NCBI GenBank assembly: GCA_031458695.1
Contig: JAVKJW010000018.1
Coordinates: 1 to 45,332, forward strand
Direction of reading: 5' to 3'
DNA from: Candidatus Thermofontivivens primus
GTDB lineage: Bacteria > Sysuimicrobiota > Sysuimicrobiia > Sysuimicrobiales > Thermofontiviventaceae
DNA length: 45,332 nucleotides
Both the position numbers and the translations under genes were made by a program. Positions within the stretch are counted from its first letter, which is position 1. Each line of letters starts with the position of its first letter. The notes beneath the pieces were generated by a model. The model saw only the letters and a program-made list of their open reading frames with translations. It was not told where the DNA came from and did not search any database. This document shows positions 16,657-25,704 of this stretch, in pieces.

Positions 16657-19600
16657 TCACTCCTCCCACACGTTCCCCTCTCCGAAGAGAAGCTCAAGCT
16701 CGACGCGCAGCTGCTCCTCCCCAGAAACATGGTGCTCGCTCTGAATGACCTGCTCCTCCCCTGTCGCCGTCACGACGTGGAGATAGAGCAAGCGGTCCCC
16801 GGGCCAGCGCTGAACAACTTCCCGCAATTGCTCGAGCTCGACCTCTGTGAATACCCGCACATGGATAGGAGTGCGGACTTCGGATTGCGGATTTCGGATT
16901 TGCTCAGCTTCACCATCCGCGGATTCCGAATTCCGAAATCCGAAATCCGAAATGTCTTTCAGGGAGACGATCCGCTCGGCGAGTACCTTGACCTGTTGTT
17001 CCTGGACATCCACACGGCCGTGAATAAGCACCAGCGCGTCTTTCTTGAGGAGGTAGTGGGCTCCCTCGTAGATCTTGGGGAAAACGATCACTTCGCAGGT
17101 ACCCGTAAGATCCTCCAGCGTCAGAAATGCCATAGCTTGCCCGTTCCGGGTAGTCGTCCGTTTGAGGGAGGTGATGATCCCACCCACTGAGACCTCCGCC
17201 CCATCGCGCAGTTCCCCAAGCTGGTCCAGGGAGACGGTGACGGCCCGGCGCAACAGATCGCGCCACTGGTTCAAGGGGTGGTCGGAGATATACAGGCCAA
17301 GCATCTCTTTTTCCATAGCCAACAGCTCTTCCCGCCTGAACTCCTCCACTGCCAGCGCCAAAGGGGGTGAGGGAGGCGAACCAGGGGAGTCGAAGAGCCC
17401 GACCTGCCCGGAAATCCTGGTGCGCTGGTGCTTCTGGGAGATCTCCAAAATCTCGTCCAGGTGCTGGAGCAGGCCCGCACGGGGAAGGCCCAACGAGTCG
17501 AAGGCTCCTGCCTTGATCAGGCTCTCGATGACCCGCTTGTTCACGACCCGCGAGTCGAGTCGGGCACAGAAATCCACCAGGGAGGTAAAAGGCCCCCCAG
17601 CCTCCCTTGCAGCGATGATCGCCTCCACCGCCTGTATTCCCACATTCTTCACCGCAGAAAGCCCAAATCGGATGGCATCTCCGACGATGGTGAAGTCAAC
17701 CCCAGACTCGTTGATATCTGGGGGGAGGACGCGAATCCCCATCCGCTGGCACTCCGCTACCAGGACGGCCACCTTTTCGGTGTTCCCAGATTCCGTACTG
17801 AGGACCGCGGTCATGTACTCCAGGGGGTAATTCGCTTTGAGGTAGGCGGTGTAATAAGCGATGAGGCCATAGGTGGCGGCATGCGCCCTGTTGAACCCAT
17901 AGCGGGCAAAGGGCTCGAACAGCTCGAAGATCTTCTGGGCTTCCTTCCTAGAGATCCCGTTCTGCTGGCAGCCCCGCAAAAACTTCTCGCGTTGCTCTTC
18001 GAGGAGATCCCGGACCTTCTTCCCAATGGCGTAACGGAGCACGTCGGCCTCAGCCATGGTAAACCCTGCCAGGGCCTGCGCCACCGCCATGACGTCCTCC
18101 TGGTAGACAAGGACCCCGTAGGTCTCCTTGAGGACGGGTTCTAGCTTCGGGTGAGGATAGGTTACCGGCTCTAGCCCGTGCTTCCGTCGGATGTACGCGG
18201 GAATGTTCTGCATGGGGCCCGGCCGGAAGAGGGCGACCATAGCCATGATGTCCTGAATCCGTGATGGGCGGAGATCCTGAAGGTAGCGCCGCATCCCTGC
18301 GCCCTCAAGTTGGAACAGCCCCGTTGTGTTTCCAGAGGAGAGCAACTCGTAGGTCTTCGCATCGTCCAGGGGGATCTGGCGGAGGTCGATCTCTATCCCC
18401 CTGGTCTTCTGGATGATCTTGATGGCGGTATCGAGCGTGGTGAGGTTGGTTAGGCCCAGGAAATCCATTTTGAGCAGGCCGATCTTTTCCACGCTGTTCA
18501 TGTCGTATTGGGTCATGACCAGGTCGCCCTTGGTTGCCCGTTGCAGGGGGACATATTCCGTGAGCGGGTCGCGGGAGATCACCACTCCTGCGGCGTGGGT
18601 AGAGGCGTGCCTCGCCACCCCCTCCAGTTTGTGGGCAAGGTCGAGAAGCTTGCGGATCTGGGGAGATTCCTCTGCCGCGCGCCGGAGCTCGGGCTCGTGA
18701 TCGAGAGCCTCCCGGATCGTCGCCTGTGGGGGGATGAGTTTGGCGATGCGGTCAACCTCCCCGTAAGGGAGGCCCATTACCCTTCCGACGTCCCGCACCG
18801 CTGCCCGTGCCCCCATGGTCCCGAAGGTGATGATCTGCGCCACGTGGTCTGCGCCGTACTTGCTCATGACGTACCGGATAACCTCGTCGCGGCGGCTGTC
18901 CATGAAGTCCACATCGATATCGGGCATGGTATACCGCTCCAGGTTCAGGAAGCGATCAAAGGGGAGCTTGTAGTAGATGGGATCTACATCAGTAACACCG
19001 CAGGCATACAGAACCAAGCTCCCAGCCGCGGACCCACGGACAGTTGTGAGGATGCCCTGGCGCCGGGCGAAGTTCACGAAGTCCTGGACGATCAGGAAGT
19101 AGGGAGCGTACCCCATTCGAGAGATGACGTTCAGCTCGTACTCCAGACGCTCCCTGAGCTCCGGGGTAATGCGCCCGTAGATGCGCCGGATCCCTTCCTC
19201 GCAAAGGAGGCGAAGGTAGCTCTCCGCAGTGTGGCCTTCGGGAATGGGAAAGTGCGGGAGCTTGATGGTCCCTAGGTCAAGATCGATGCGTACGCGCTCC
19301 GCAATGGCCAGGGTGTTCTCCAGGGCCTCTGGGAGCTCCCGGAAGAGGACGGCCATCTCCTCAGCGGTCTTGAGGTAGAATTCCGGGATCTCCCCCATGC
19401 GCGGTTTGTTCTTTTCCTGCAGGGAGATCCCCATCTGGATGCACATGAGGACATCCTGGGCTTCGGCCTCTTCGGGAAAGACGTAGTGCACATCGTTGGT
19501 GGCCACTACAGGGATCCGGAGTTCTCGGCTCAGTTGGAGAAGCCCTTGTACAACCTTATGCTCTTCCTCCAGGCCATGGTTCATCACCTCCAGGAAGAAG

Positions 19601-20109
19601 TTCCCCTTCCCGAAGATCTCTTGGAACCTCATGGCAGCACGCCTTGCTGCCTCCATGTCATTGCGGAGGAGGGCCCGGGGGATCTCCGCCTGCAGACACC
19701 CGGAGAGGCCGATGAGCCCCCTGCTGTGCCTGCTCAGGAGCTCCACATCGATGCGAGGCTTGTAATAAAACCCCTCGAGGTGGGCTGCGGTAGTGAGCTT
19801 GATGAGGTTTCGATAGCCCTCTGCGTCGTACGCCAAAAGGGTGAGGTGGTAGGGGTTGCTGTCCACTTTGGGGTCGCGGTCCGACATCTGGCGGGGGGCC
19901 ACATAGACCTCAACCCCTAGGATCGGGTTAATCCCATACTCCCTGGCCTTGAGGTAAAACTCAATGGCCCCGTACATCGCCCCGTGGTCCGTTACGGCCA
20001 CGGCAGGCATTTTCAGCTCTGCAACCCTCCTCATCAAGGGTTCGATGCGGCTACACCCATCCAAGAGGGAGTACTCGGTATGCACGTGGAGGTGGACGAA
20101 CGGATCCAT
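16657..20109 (-). CDS. dnaE: DNA polymerase III alpha subunit
   Basis: PHP domain (HLHVHTEYSLLDG, TDHG, TNDVHY), RGSAAGS, PDIDVDF, KMDFLGL and OB fold. No intein seen. Confidence 0.99.
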   Translation of the reverse strand: MDPFVHLHVHTEYSLLDGCSRIEPLMRRVAELKMPAVAVTDHGAMYGAIEFYLKAREYGINPILGVEVYVAPRQMSDRDPKVDSNPYHLTLLAYDAEGYRNLIKLTTAAHLEGFYYKPRIDVELLSRHSRGLIGLSGCLQAEIPRALLRNDMEAARRAAMRFQEIFGKGNFFLEVMNHGLEEEHKVVQGLLQLSRELRIPVVATNDVHYVFPEEAEAQDVLMCIQMGISLQEKNKPRMGEIPEFYLKTAEEMAVLFRELPEALENTLAIAERVRIDLDLGTIKLPHFPIPEGHTAESYLRLLCEEGIRRIYGRITPELRERLEYELNVISRMGYAPYFLIVQDFVNFARRQGILTTVRGSAAGSLVLYACGVTDVDPIYYKLPFDRFLNLERYTMPDIDVDFMDSRRDEVIRYVMSKYGADHVAQIITFGTMGARAAVRDVGRVMGLPYGEVDRIAKLIPPQATIREALDHEPELRRAAEESPQIRKLLDLAHKLEGVARHASTHAAGVVISRDPLTEYVPLQRATKGDLVMTQYDMNSVEKIGLLKMDFLGLTNLTTLDTAIKIIQKTRGIEIDLRQIPLDDAKTYELLSSGNTTGLFQLEGAGMRRYLQDLRPSRIQDIMAMVALFRPGPMQNIPAYIRRKHGLEPVTYPHPKLEPVLKETYGVLVYQEDVMAVAQALAGFTMAEADVLRYAIGKKVRDLLEEQREKFLRGCQQNGISRKEAQKIFELFEPFARYGFNRAHAATYGLIAYYTAYLKANYPLEYMTAVLSTESGNTEKVAVLVAECQRMGIRVLPPDINESGVDFTIVGDAIRFGLSAVKNVGIQAVEAIIAAREAGGPFTSLVDFCARLDSRVVNKRVIESLIKAGAFDSLGLPRAGLLQHLDEILEISQKHQRTRISGQVGLFDSPGSPPSPPLALAVEEFRREELLAMEKEMLGLYISDHPLNQWRDLLRRAVTVSLDQLGELRDGAEVSVGGIITSLKRTTTRNGQAMAFLTLEDLTGTCEVIVFPKIYEGAHYLLKKDALVLIHGRVDVQEQQVKVLAERIVSLKDISDFGFRNSESADGEAEQIRNPQSEVRTPIHVRVFTEVELEQLREVVQRWPGDRLLYLHVVTATGEEQVIQSEHHVSGEEQLRVELELLFGEGNVWEE
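16872..16953. repeat. Inverted pair of 7-bp tandem arrays inside dnaE
   Basis: TGCGGAC-TTCGGAT-TGCGGAT-TTCGGAT ... TTCCGAA-TTCCGAA-ATCCGAA-ATCCGAA. Confidence 0.9.
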
Positions 20110-20140
20110 GCCTTTGCTCCGTTCAGAGCGACATTGCTCG

Positions 20141-20154
20141 CAAACGAGTGTTCG
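20141..20154. promoter_or_regulatory. Putative LexA (Gram-positive-type SOS) box
   Basis: CAAAC-GAGT-GTTCG (minus strand CGAAC-ACTC-GTTTG), immediately downstream of the dnaE -10 box. Confidence 0.5.
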
Positions 20155-20162
20155 CTGAGCCT

Positions 20163-20191
20163 ATTGTAGCAGGCTCGCGAGAGCCTGTCAC
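20163..20191 (-). promoter_or_regulatory. Sigma70 promoter for the dnaE operon
   Basis: GTGACA-N17-TACAAT with TG extension. The spacer is an inverted repeat CAGGCTC-GCGA-GAGCCTG. Confidence 0.65.
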
Positions 20192-20418
20192 CACTGCACC
20201 AAAGGGATTATTCCCAACAGTCTGCGATCCCATGGATTTAGATCCTTCGTGCTGAGAATTTGACGGTTTTTTGCGTTCCTCCCTCTGCCGGATCGATCGC
20301 CTCAGTTAGCCTCAGGATCTCCACATCCCACTTCTGCGTTCCGACGGAGCTGCACCCGATTTTGGCACTCGTGAGAAGGGAGATCCCTTCAAAAGTCAAA
20401 GGACTCTTTCCGAGGTAC

Positions 20419-20446
20419 ATAAGAACCACGAGATAAGAACCACGAG
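20419..20446 (+). repeat. Exact 14-bp tandem repeat x2
   Basis: ATAAGAACCACGAG ATAAGAACCACGAG, directly before RBS AAGGGAGG. Confidence 0.85.
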
Positions 20447-20460
20447 AAGGGAGGACGAAC

Positions 20461-21309
20461 ATGTCTGTGGTGGATTTCCTCTGGCTGTTCTTCATCTTCT
20501 CGGCGATCCAGCCCATCCTCTCGCGGCGTCTTCTCGAGCAAGCACGGTTGCGCATCTTGCTCCAACTCGAGCGCAAGCGCGGCTCCCGTGTGATCGCCAT
20601 GATCCACCGACAGGAGACGATGAGCCTCCTGGGATTTCCGATCTTGCGGTACATTGATATCGATGATTCTGAGGAGGTCTTGCGAGCGATCCGTCTCACA
20701 CCGGAGGAGATGCCCATTGACTTGATTCTCCATACGCCCGGTGGCCTCGTGCTCGCTGCCGAGCAGATTGCCCTCGCGTTACGGGAACACAAGGGGAAGG
20801 TGACGGTGTTCATCCCCCACTACGCCATGTCCGGTGGAACCCTCATCGCCCTTGCGGCGGATGAGATCGTGATGGATCCCCACGCCGTGCTAGGGCCGGT
20901 GGACCCCCAGATCGGCCAGTTCCCAGCAGCCTCCATCGTCCGTGCCGTGAGCCAAAAGAGCATCAACGAGGTGGAGGACCAGACGCTCATCCTCGCCGAT
21001 GTGGCAGAGAAAGCCCTCCGTCAGGTCCGTGCCGTCGTCCAGAAACTCCTCGAAGACCGTATGCCTCCAGAGGAGGCAAAAACCATTGCCGAGATGCTTT
21101 CCTCCGGCACCTGGACCCATGACTATCCTCTCACCGTTTCCGAGGCCAAAAGCTTGGGGCTCCCTGTCTCTACGGAGATGCCCTCGGAAGTGTACAAGCT
21201 CATGGCCCTTTACCCGCAGGCAGGGTACCGGCGTCCATCGGTCCAATACGTACCGATGCCCTACCGGATCCCTGAGCCCGTGCCAGCTCCGCGCACGCGC
21301 AGGTCATGA
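20461..21309 (+). CDS. SDH-family (DUF114) ClpP-fold serine protease
   Basis: N-terminal TM, IHRQE, LHTPGG, HYAMSGGTLIALAAD, GPVDPQ and WTHDYP. Confidence 0.92.
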   Translation: MSVVDFLWLFFIFSAIQPILSRRLLEQARLRILLQLERKRGSRVIAMIHRQETMSLLGFPILRYIDIDDSEEVLRAIRLTPEEMPIDLILHTPGGLVLAAEQIALALREHKGKVTVFIPHYAMSGGTLIALAADEIVMDPHAVLGPVDPQIGQFPAASIVRAVSQKSINEVEDQTLILADVAEKALRQVRAVVQKLLEDRMPPEEAKTIAEMLSSGTWTHDYPLTVSEAKSLGLPVSTEMPSEVYKLMALYPQAGYRRPSVQYVPMPYRIPEPVPAPRTRRS

Positions 21310-22632
21310 AGCGACCGAGGCAATGGCCTCCTCAAGCACATCCAAAGCCTCGTCCAACTGGGTCTCAGTGATCACGAGGGGAGAGAGGACGCGGATGACG
21401 TTGTCGTAGATCCCTGCCTTCACCACTAACACACCCCGCTCCATTGCCTGTTGGAGGATCTGTCTCGTTTCTTGGGTCGCAGGGGCTTTGGTCGAGCGGT
21501 CCTTCACCAGTTCAATCCCCACCATGGCACCCAAGCCACGAACTTCCCCGATGAGGGAGACTCTTTCAGCCATTGCCTCAAATCGCTCCCGCATGCGCCT
21601 CCCGATCACCTCTGCCCGCTGGAGGAGGTGCTCCTCCTCGATCACATCCAGGACGGCAAGAGCGGCCGCACAGCTCACGGGATTCCCTACGAATGTCCCT
21701 CCGATCGAGTTCTCCGGGATCTCCTGGAGGATCCGTCGCTTGCCGATCACCCCTGAAAGCGGGAGACCTGCTGCGATGGACTTTGCCACGGTGATGAGAT
21801 CAGGCTCCACCTGGAAGTGCTCGATGGCGAAGAACTTCCCCGTGCGCCCGAATCCCGTTTGCACTTCGTCCACGACAAGAAGGATCCCGTGCTCGTCACA
21901 GATCTCCCGCAGGGCAGGAAGGAAATCTTTGGGTGGGACCACAAAGCCCCCTTCCCCGAGCACTGGCTCAATCACCACCGCCGCAACCTGTTCGGGGTGC
22001 ACCATAGTCACGAAGGCCCTCTCCAGGGCATCCAGAGCATACTCTGTACACCGATCTGAACCCAGGGGACACCGGTAGGGGTAAGGATAGGGGAGGCGGT
22101 AGACCTCCGGCACGAAGGGTCCGAAGTGAAGCTTGTACGGAACCACCTTGCTCGTCATGGTCATAGCCATGTAGGTGCGCCCATGGAAGGCTCCTTCAAA
22201 GACGAGGACCGCAGGACGGCGAGTGTAGGCACGAGCGATTTTTACAGCATTCTCCACGGCCTCCGCGCCGGAGTTGAAGAAGACCGCTTGCTTGGGGGTG
22301 GATCCGGGTGCGAGGGTGCTGAGGCGCTTGGCAAGCTCGATATAAGGCGCGTAGGGGGCTATGCTGAAGTCTGTGTGGGTGAACCGCTGCACCTGATCGA
22401 TGACCGCCTGGACCACCTTGGGATGGGAATGCCCGACGTTCATGCATCCGATTCCGCCGGCGAGATCGATGAAACGGTTCCCGTCCACATCCACAAGGAT
22501 CGCCCCCTCCGCCCGCTCGATAACAGCCGGGAGGTGGACCGGAATCGCGCGGGGAACGTAGCGGACCTTCTCCTCAAGAAGCTGCCTGGAGCGTGGCCCT
22601 GGGAGCGAGTAGCGCTGCGTCGCCTGCCTCAT
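21304..22632 (-). CDS. gabT: 4-aminobutyrate aminotransferase (class III PLP aminotransferase)
   Basis: NSGAEAVENAVKIAR, FHGRT, EPVLGEGGF, DEVQTGFGRTG and VAKS (PLP lysine). The exact substrate is not provable from sequence. Confidence 0.85.
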   Translation of the reverse strand: MRQATQRYSLPGPRSRQLLEEKVRYVPRAIPVHLPAVIERAEGAILVDVDGNRFIDLAGGIGCMNVGHSHPKVVQAVIDQVQRFTHTDFSIAPYAPYIELAKRLSTLAPGSTPKQAVFFNSGAEAVENAVKIARAYTRRPAVLVFEGAFHGRTYMAMTMTSKVVPYKLHFGPFVPEVYRLPYPYPYRCPLGSDRCTEYALDALERAFVTMVHPEQVAAVVIEPVLGEGGFVVPPKDFLPALREICDEHGILLVVDEVQTGFGRTGKFFAIEHFQVEPDLITVAKSIAAGLPLSGVIGKRRILQEIPENSIGGTFVGNPVSCAAALAVLDVIEEEHLLQRAEVIGRRMRERFEAMAERVSLIGEVRGLGAMVGIELVKDRSTKAPATQETRQILQQAMERGVLVVKAGIYDNVIRVLSPLVITETQLDEALDVLEEAIASVAS

Positions 22633-22719
22633 GGCACGGACCCTCCTTCCGCGGAATGGTGCGCGCGCACGCGCCCGTCGAATCCGTTCGCACAGCCTGC
22701 CCGTTCGGACGCAAATCCC

Positions 22720-24177
22720 TTACACGCCGACTTTGTCCATCCTGACCGCGCACATCAAGTGGCTCGTATGAGGGAGCATGTCGATGGGTTGCACCTCACG
22801 AACAGCATAGCCTTCGGCCTGAAACATCCCCACATCCCTCGCCAACGAGGGAAGGGAACGGCCGAGGTAAACCACCCGTGGAACCTCTAGCTCCACGAGA
22901 GCCCGGATGACCTCGGAGGATGCCCCCTTCCCAGGTGGGGAGAGGACTGCGAGGGGGCGGGACAGACCTTGCACCTTCAGCTTGGCAAGCACGCGGGCGG
23001 GGTCCCTTGTGTACAGCGCGCAGTTGAAGGCCCCATTGAGGCCAGCGCTCTCGCGCGCAAGCTGGAACTGGTCTTTGGGCACAACCCCGATGACCCACCG
23101 TGCTCTTTGTGCGAGGAAGATGCTGAGGACTCCTGTCCCTGCGTATGGTTCGACCACAGTCTCCACTCCTGTGAGGTCCAGATACTTTTCCACCATTTGA
23201 AAGAGAGATGGCAGGAGCATGGGGTTCGAAGGAAGCGTGGAGGTAGGCCCGATGCGTATCTTAATCCCTGCAATCTCCTCCTCGATGTACGGCTTCCCCC
23301 ACAAGAGGGAGACGCGAGGCCCCTTCATCTCCAGGGTAGGACTTCGCTGTATCGTCATCATCACACTGACGAGACCGGGGACTTTGTCCAGAACGGCCCT
23401 GACAAACGTTTGGGGGTCCTCTATGCGGTTCTTGAGGCAGAGAACCATCATCGCCTCTCCTGTGGCGAAGGAAGTCATGCCAATGATCCCGCGGACGAAG
23501 CCCTTCCGGGTCTGCGGGTTGTAGATGGGAAGGCCGAGCTGCACAACGGCATCCAGGGCCGCCTTTAGGATGGAGACGTTGGTTGGGTGCTGGACGGGGC
23601 ATTCCTGGATGGCCACCACTCGACCACCGCCCAGGGTGTAGAACCCAAGGACAGGCTGGCCTTCGCGGTCCTGGAAGGTCGCCACCAACTGGTGCCGGTA
23701 CCCCCAGATAGGATTGCTGGGAAGGGTCTCTTGGACGAGGTCCCTGCGCAGATCGAGGGCTTCCTTCAAGTATTCCTTCACCAACCGCGTCTTGTATCGA
23801 AGCTGCACAGGATAGGTAATGTGCTGCCACTGGCAGCCCCCACACCGGCCGAAGTGTCGGCACTGGATCGCCGCCACATCAGGGGACTTACGGAGGATGG
23901 AGACGATCTTCCCACGGGCCCGGAAGCGGGTCGCCTCGGTGATCTCCACGACGGCCTCCTCCCCAGGGATCCCATAGGGTGCGGAGACGAGGACATCGCC
24001 TACCTGACCCACGGCTAGCCCCTCCAGGTCCAGTGCTTCAAACCGGACAGTGACCTGCTGCCCGGCATGAAGCCCCCTCTCCGTCCTCCTCCGGGAGAGA
24101 AGCTGGTCCACGAGAGTGGGCCTTCTCCTTTGGGCTCGCCCTTCTCGGGACGCATGCTGTGGAGGGCCTTTACCCAT
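22720..24177 (-). CDS. RlmD/TrmA-family RNA m5U methyltransferase homologue with degenerate catalytic site
   Basis: TRAM domain, C-x5-CGGC..C Fe-S motif and overall RlmD architecture. The active-site motifs are substituted (see findings). Confidence 0.9.
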   Translation of the reverse strand: MGKGPPQHASREGRAQRRRPTLVDQLLSRRRTERGLHAGQQVTVRFEALDLEGLAVGQVGDVLVSAPYGIPGEEAVVEITEATRFRARGKIVSILRKSPDVAAIQCRHFGRCGGCQWQHITYPVQLRYKTRLVKEYLKEALDLRRDLVQETLPSNPIWGYRHQLVATFQDREGQPVLGFYTLGGGRVVAIQECPVQHPTNVSILKAALDAVVQLGLPIYNPQTRKGFVRGIIGMTSFATGEAMMVLCLKNRIEDPQTFVRAVLDKVPGLVSVMMTIQRSPTLEMKGPRVSLLWGKPYIEEEIAGIKIRIGPTSTLPSNPMLLPSLFQMVEKYLDLTGVETVVEPYAGTGVLSIFLAQRARWVIGVVPKDQFQLARESAGLNGAFNCALYTRDPARVLAKLKVQGLSRPLAVLSPPGKGASSEVIRALVELEVPRVVYLGRSLPSLARDVGMFQAEGYAVREVQPIDMLPHTSHLMCAVRMDKVGV

Positions 24178-25648
24178 GGAGCCGCTCCTTGAGCAGGCGA
24201 TTGACGAGGTCGGGGTTCGCCCTGCCCGAGGTCTTCCGCATCACCTGTCCCACAAGGAACGTCAGCGCTTTCTCCTTTCCCGCACGGTAGTCGCGCACGG
24301 GGTTGGGGTTCTCCGCAATCACTTCTTCCACGATAGCCCGCAGGGCATCCTCATCGCGGATCTGCACCAGGCCCTTCTCTGCAACAATCGAAGAAGCATC
24401 CTTCCCTGTCGCCAGCATCTCTTCCAGGATCTCCTTGGCCAGGCGGATGCTGATCGTCCCGTCCTCCATGAGCTTGAGCATTTCCGCAAGTTTCTCAGGA
24501 GTCAACGGAAGATCGGTGAACTCCATCCCATGGGTGTTGGCGTATCCCGTTACGTCGCCCAGGAGCCAGTTGCAAACCGTCTTGGGCTGAGGGAAAAGCT
24601 TGATGGTCGCCTCAAAGAAATCCGCCATCGCCTTGTTCTCCACCAGAAGGGCGGCGTCGTGGGGGGAAAGGGCGTACTGCTCCACATACCTTCGCCTGCG
24701 TTCTTCTGGAAGCTCGGGGAGAGTGCGGCGGATCTCCTCAATCCAGGCTGGATCGAGAACCATGGGCACCAGATCCGGCTCCGGAAAGTAACGGTAATCC
24801 TGGGCCTCCTCCTTCTCCCGTGAGCCGAAGGTCACCTCCCGCCGCTCATCCCAGTGGCGAGTCTCCTGGACCACTTCCCCGCCCGCCTGAAGGATCTCAC
24901 GCTGGCGGGCCACCTCAAAGGAGAGGGCCTTCTCCACCGCGCGCAGGGAGTTCATGTTCTTTACCTCGGTGCGGATCCCGAGAGGCTCCCCCCTCCTTCG
25001 CAGGGAGACATTGGCATCGCACCGCAAAGTCCCCTCCTCCATGCGCCCAGAGCTCACCTCGAGGTACTGGAGGAGCGTCCGCAGGCGGCTCAGGAATTCC
25101 CGCGCCTCCTCTGGGGAGCGGAGATCTGGCTCGGTAACGATCTCCATCAGCGGAACCCCGGAACGGTTGTAGTCCACCAGGCTGTATAAGACCGTTCCAT
25201 CGCGCTCCACGTGCACGAGCTTCCCCGTATCCTCCTCAAGGTGGACCCGGCGGATGCGCACAGTGCGCGCCTGCCCATCGAACTCAAAGGTGAGATGACC
25301 GTCGCTGGCGAGGGGAGGATGGTCCTTGTACTGGTACTGAGAGATCTGGTAGTTCTTGGGGAGGTCTGGGTAGTAATAGTTCTTCCGGTGGAACTGGCTC
25401 TGGGGGTGGATGGTGCAGTTGAGGGCCAGGGCCGTGCGCAGACCGAGCTCCACAGCTTTCCGGTTGATCACCGGTAGGGAGCCCGGAAGGCCAAGGCAGA
25501 CAGGGCAGACCTGGGTGTTCGGTGGTGCCCCAAACCGAGTGCTGCAGCCACAGAACATCTTGGAGGCCGTCAGGAGCTGAACGTGGATCTCCAGCCCGAT
25601 GACGATCTCGAACTCATCTTGTACCTTGGTCGTCGCGTTCTCCCTCAC
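24170..25648 (-). CDS. gatB: Asp/Glu-tRNA amidotransferase subunit B
   Basis: [47 protein letters not shown] and YRYFPEPDL. Start is GTG 25648 (AGGAG upstream) or 25663. Confidence 0.98.
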   Translation of the reverse strand: MRENATTKVQDEFEIVIGLEIHVQLLTASKMFCGCSTRFGAPPNTQVCPVCLGLPGSLPVINRKAVELGLRTALALNCTIHPQSQFHRKNYYYPDLPKNYQISQYQYKDHPPLASDGHLTFEFDGQARTVRIRRVHLEEDTGKLVHVERDGTVLYSLVDYNRSGVPLMEIVTEPDLRSPEEAREFLSRLRTLLQYLEVSSGRMEEGTLRCDANVSLRRRGEPLGIRTEVKNMNSLRAVEKALSFEVARQREILQAGGEVVQETRHWDERREVTFGSREKEEAQDYRYFPEPDLVPMVLDPAWIEEIRRTLPELPEERRRRYVEQYALSPHDAALLVENKAMADFFEATIKLFPQPKTVCNWLLGDVTGYANTHGMEFTDLPLTPEKLAEMLKLMEDGTISIRLAKEILEEMLATGKDASSIVAEKGLVQIRDEDALRAIVEEVIAENPNPVRDYRAGKEKALTFLVGQVMRKTSGRANPDLVNRLLKERLHG

Positions 25649-25659
25649 CTTATTACTCC

Positions 25660-25704
25660 TCACTCTTTCACTTTGTCACGAGTCACTGTGTCACTTGTCA
25701 CTGG
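25660..25704. repeat. 7-8-bp TCAC-core tandem repeat x6 forming the 3' end of gatA
   Basis: TCACTCTT-TCACTTTG-TCACGAG-TCACTGTG-TCACTTG-TCACTGG. Confidence 0.75.

Noticed and set aside
20238..20400. Possible small minus-strand protein in the dnaE/protease gap (...KWDVEILRLTEAID...)
   Set aside because: There is no convincing start or RBS outside the overlapping protease gene, and no recognisable family.
22633..22719. Repeated CCGTTCG / CCGTCG motifs upstream of gabT as an operator or riboswitch
   Set aside because: They are short GC-rich matches compatible with chance, and no known aptamer consensus was recognised.
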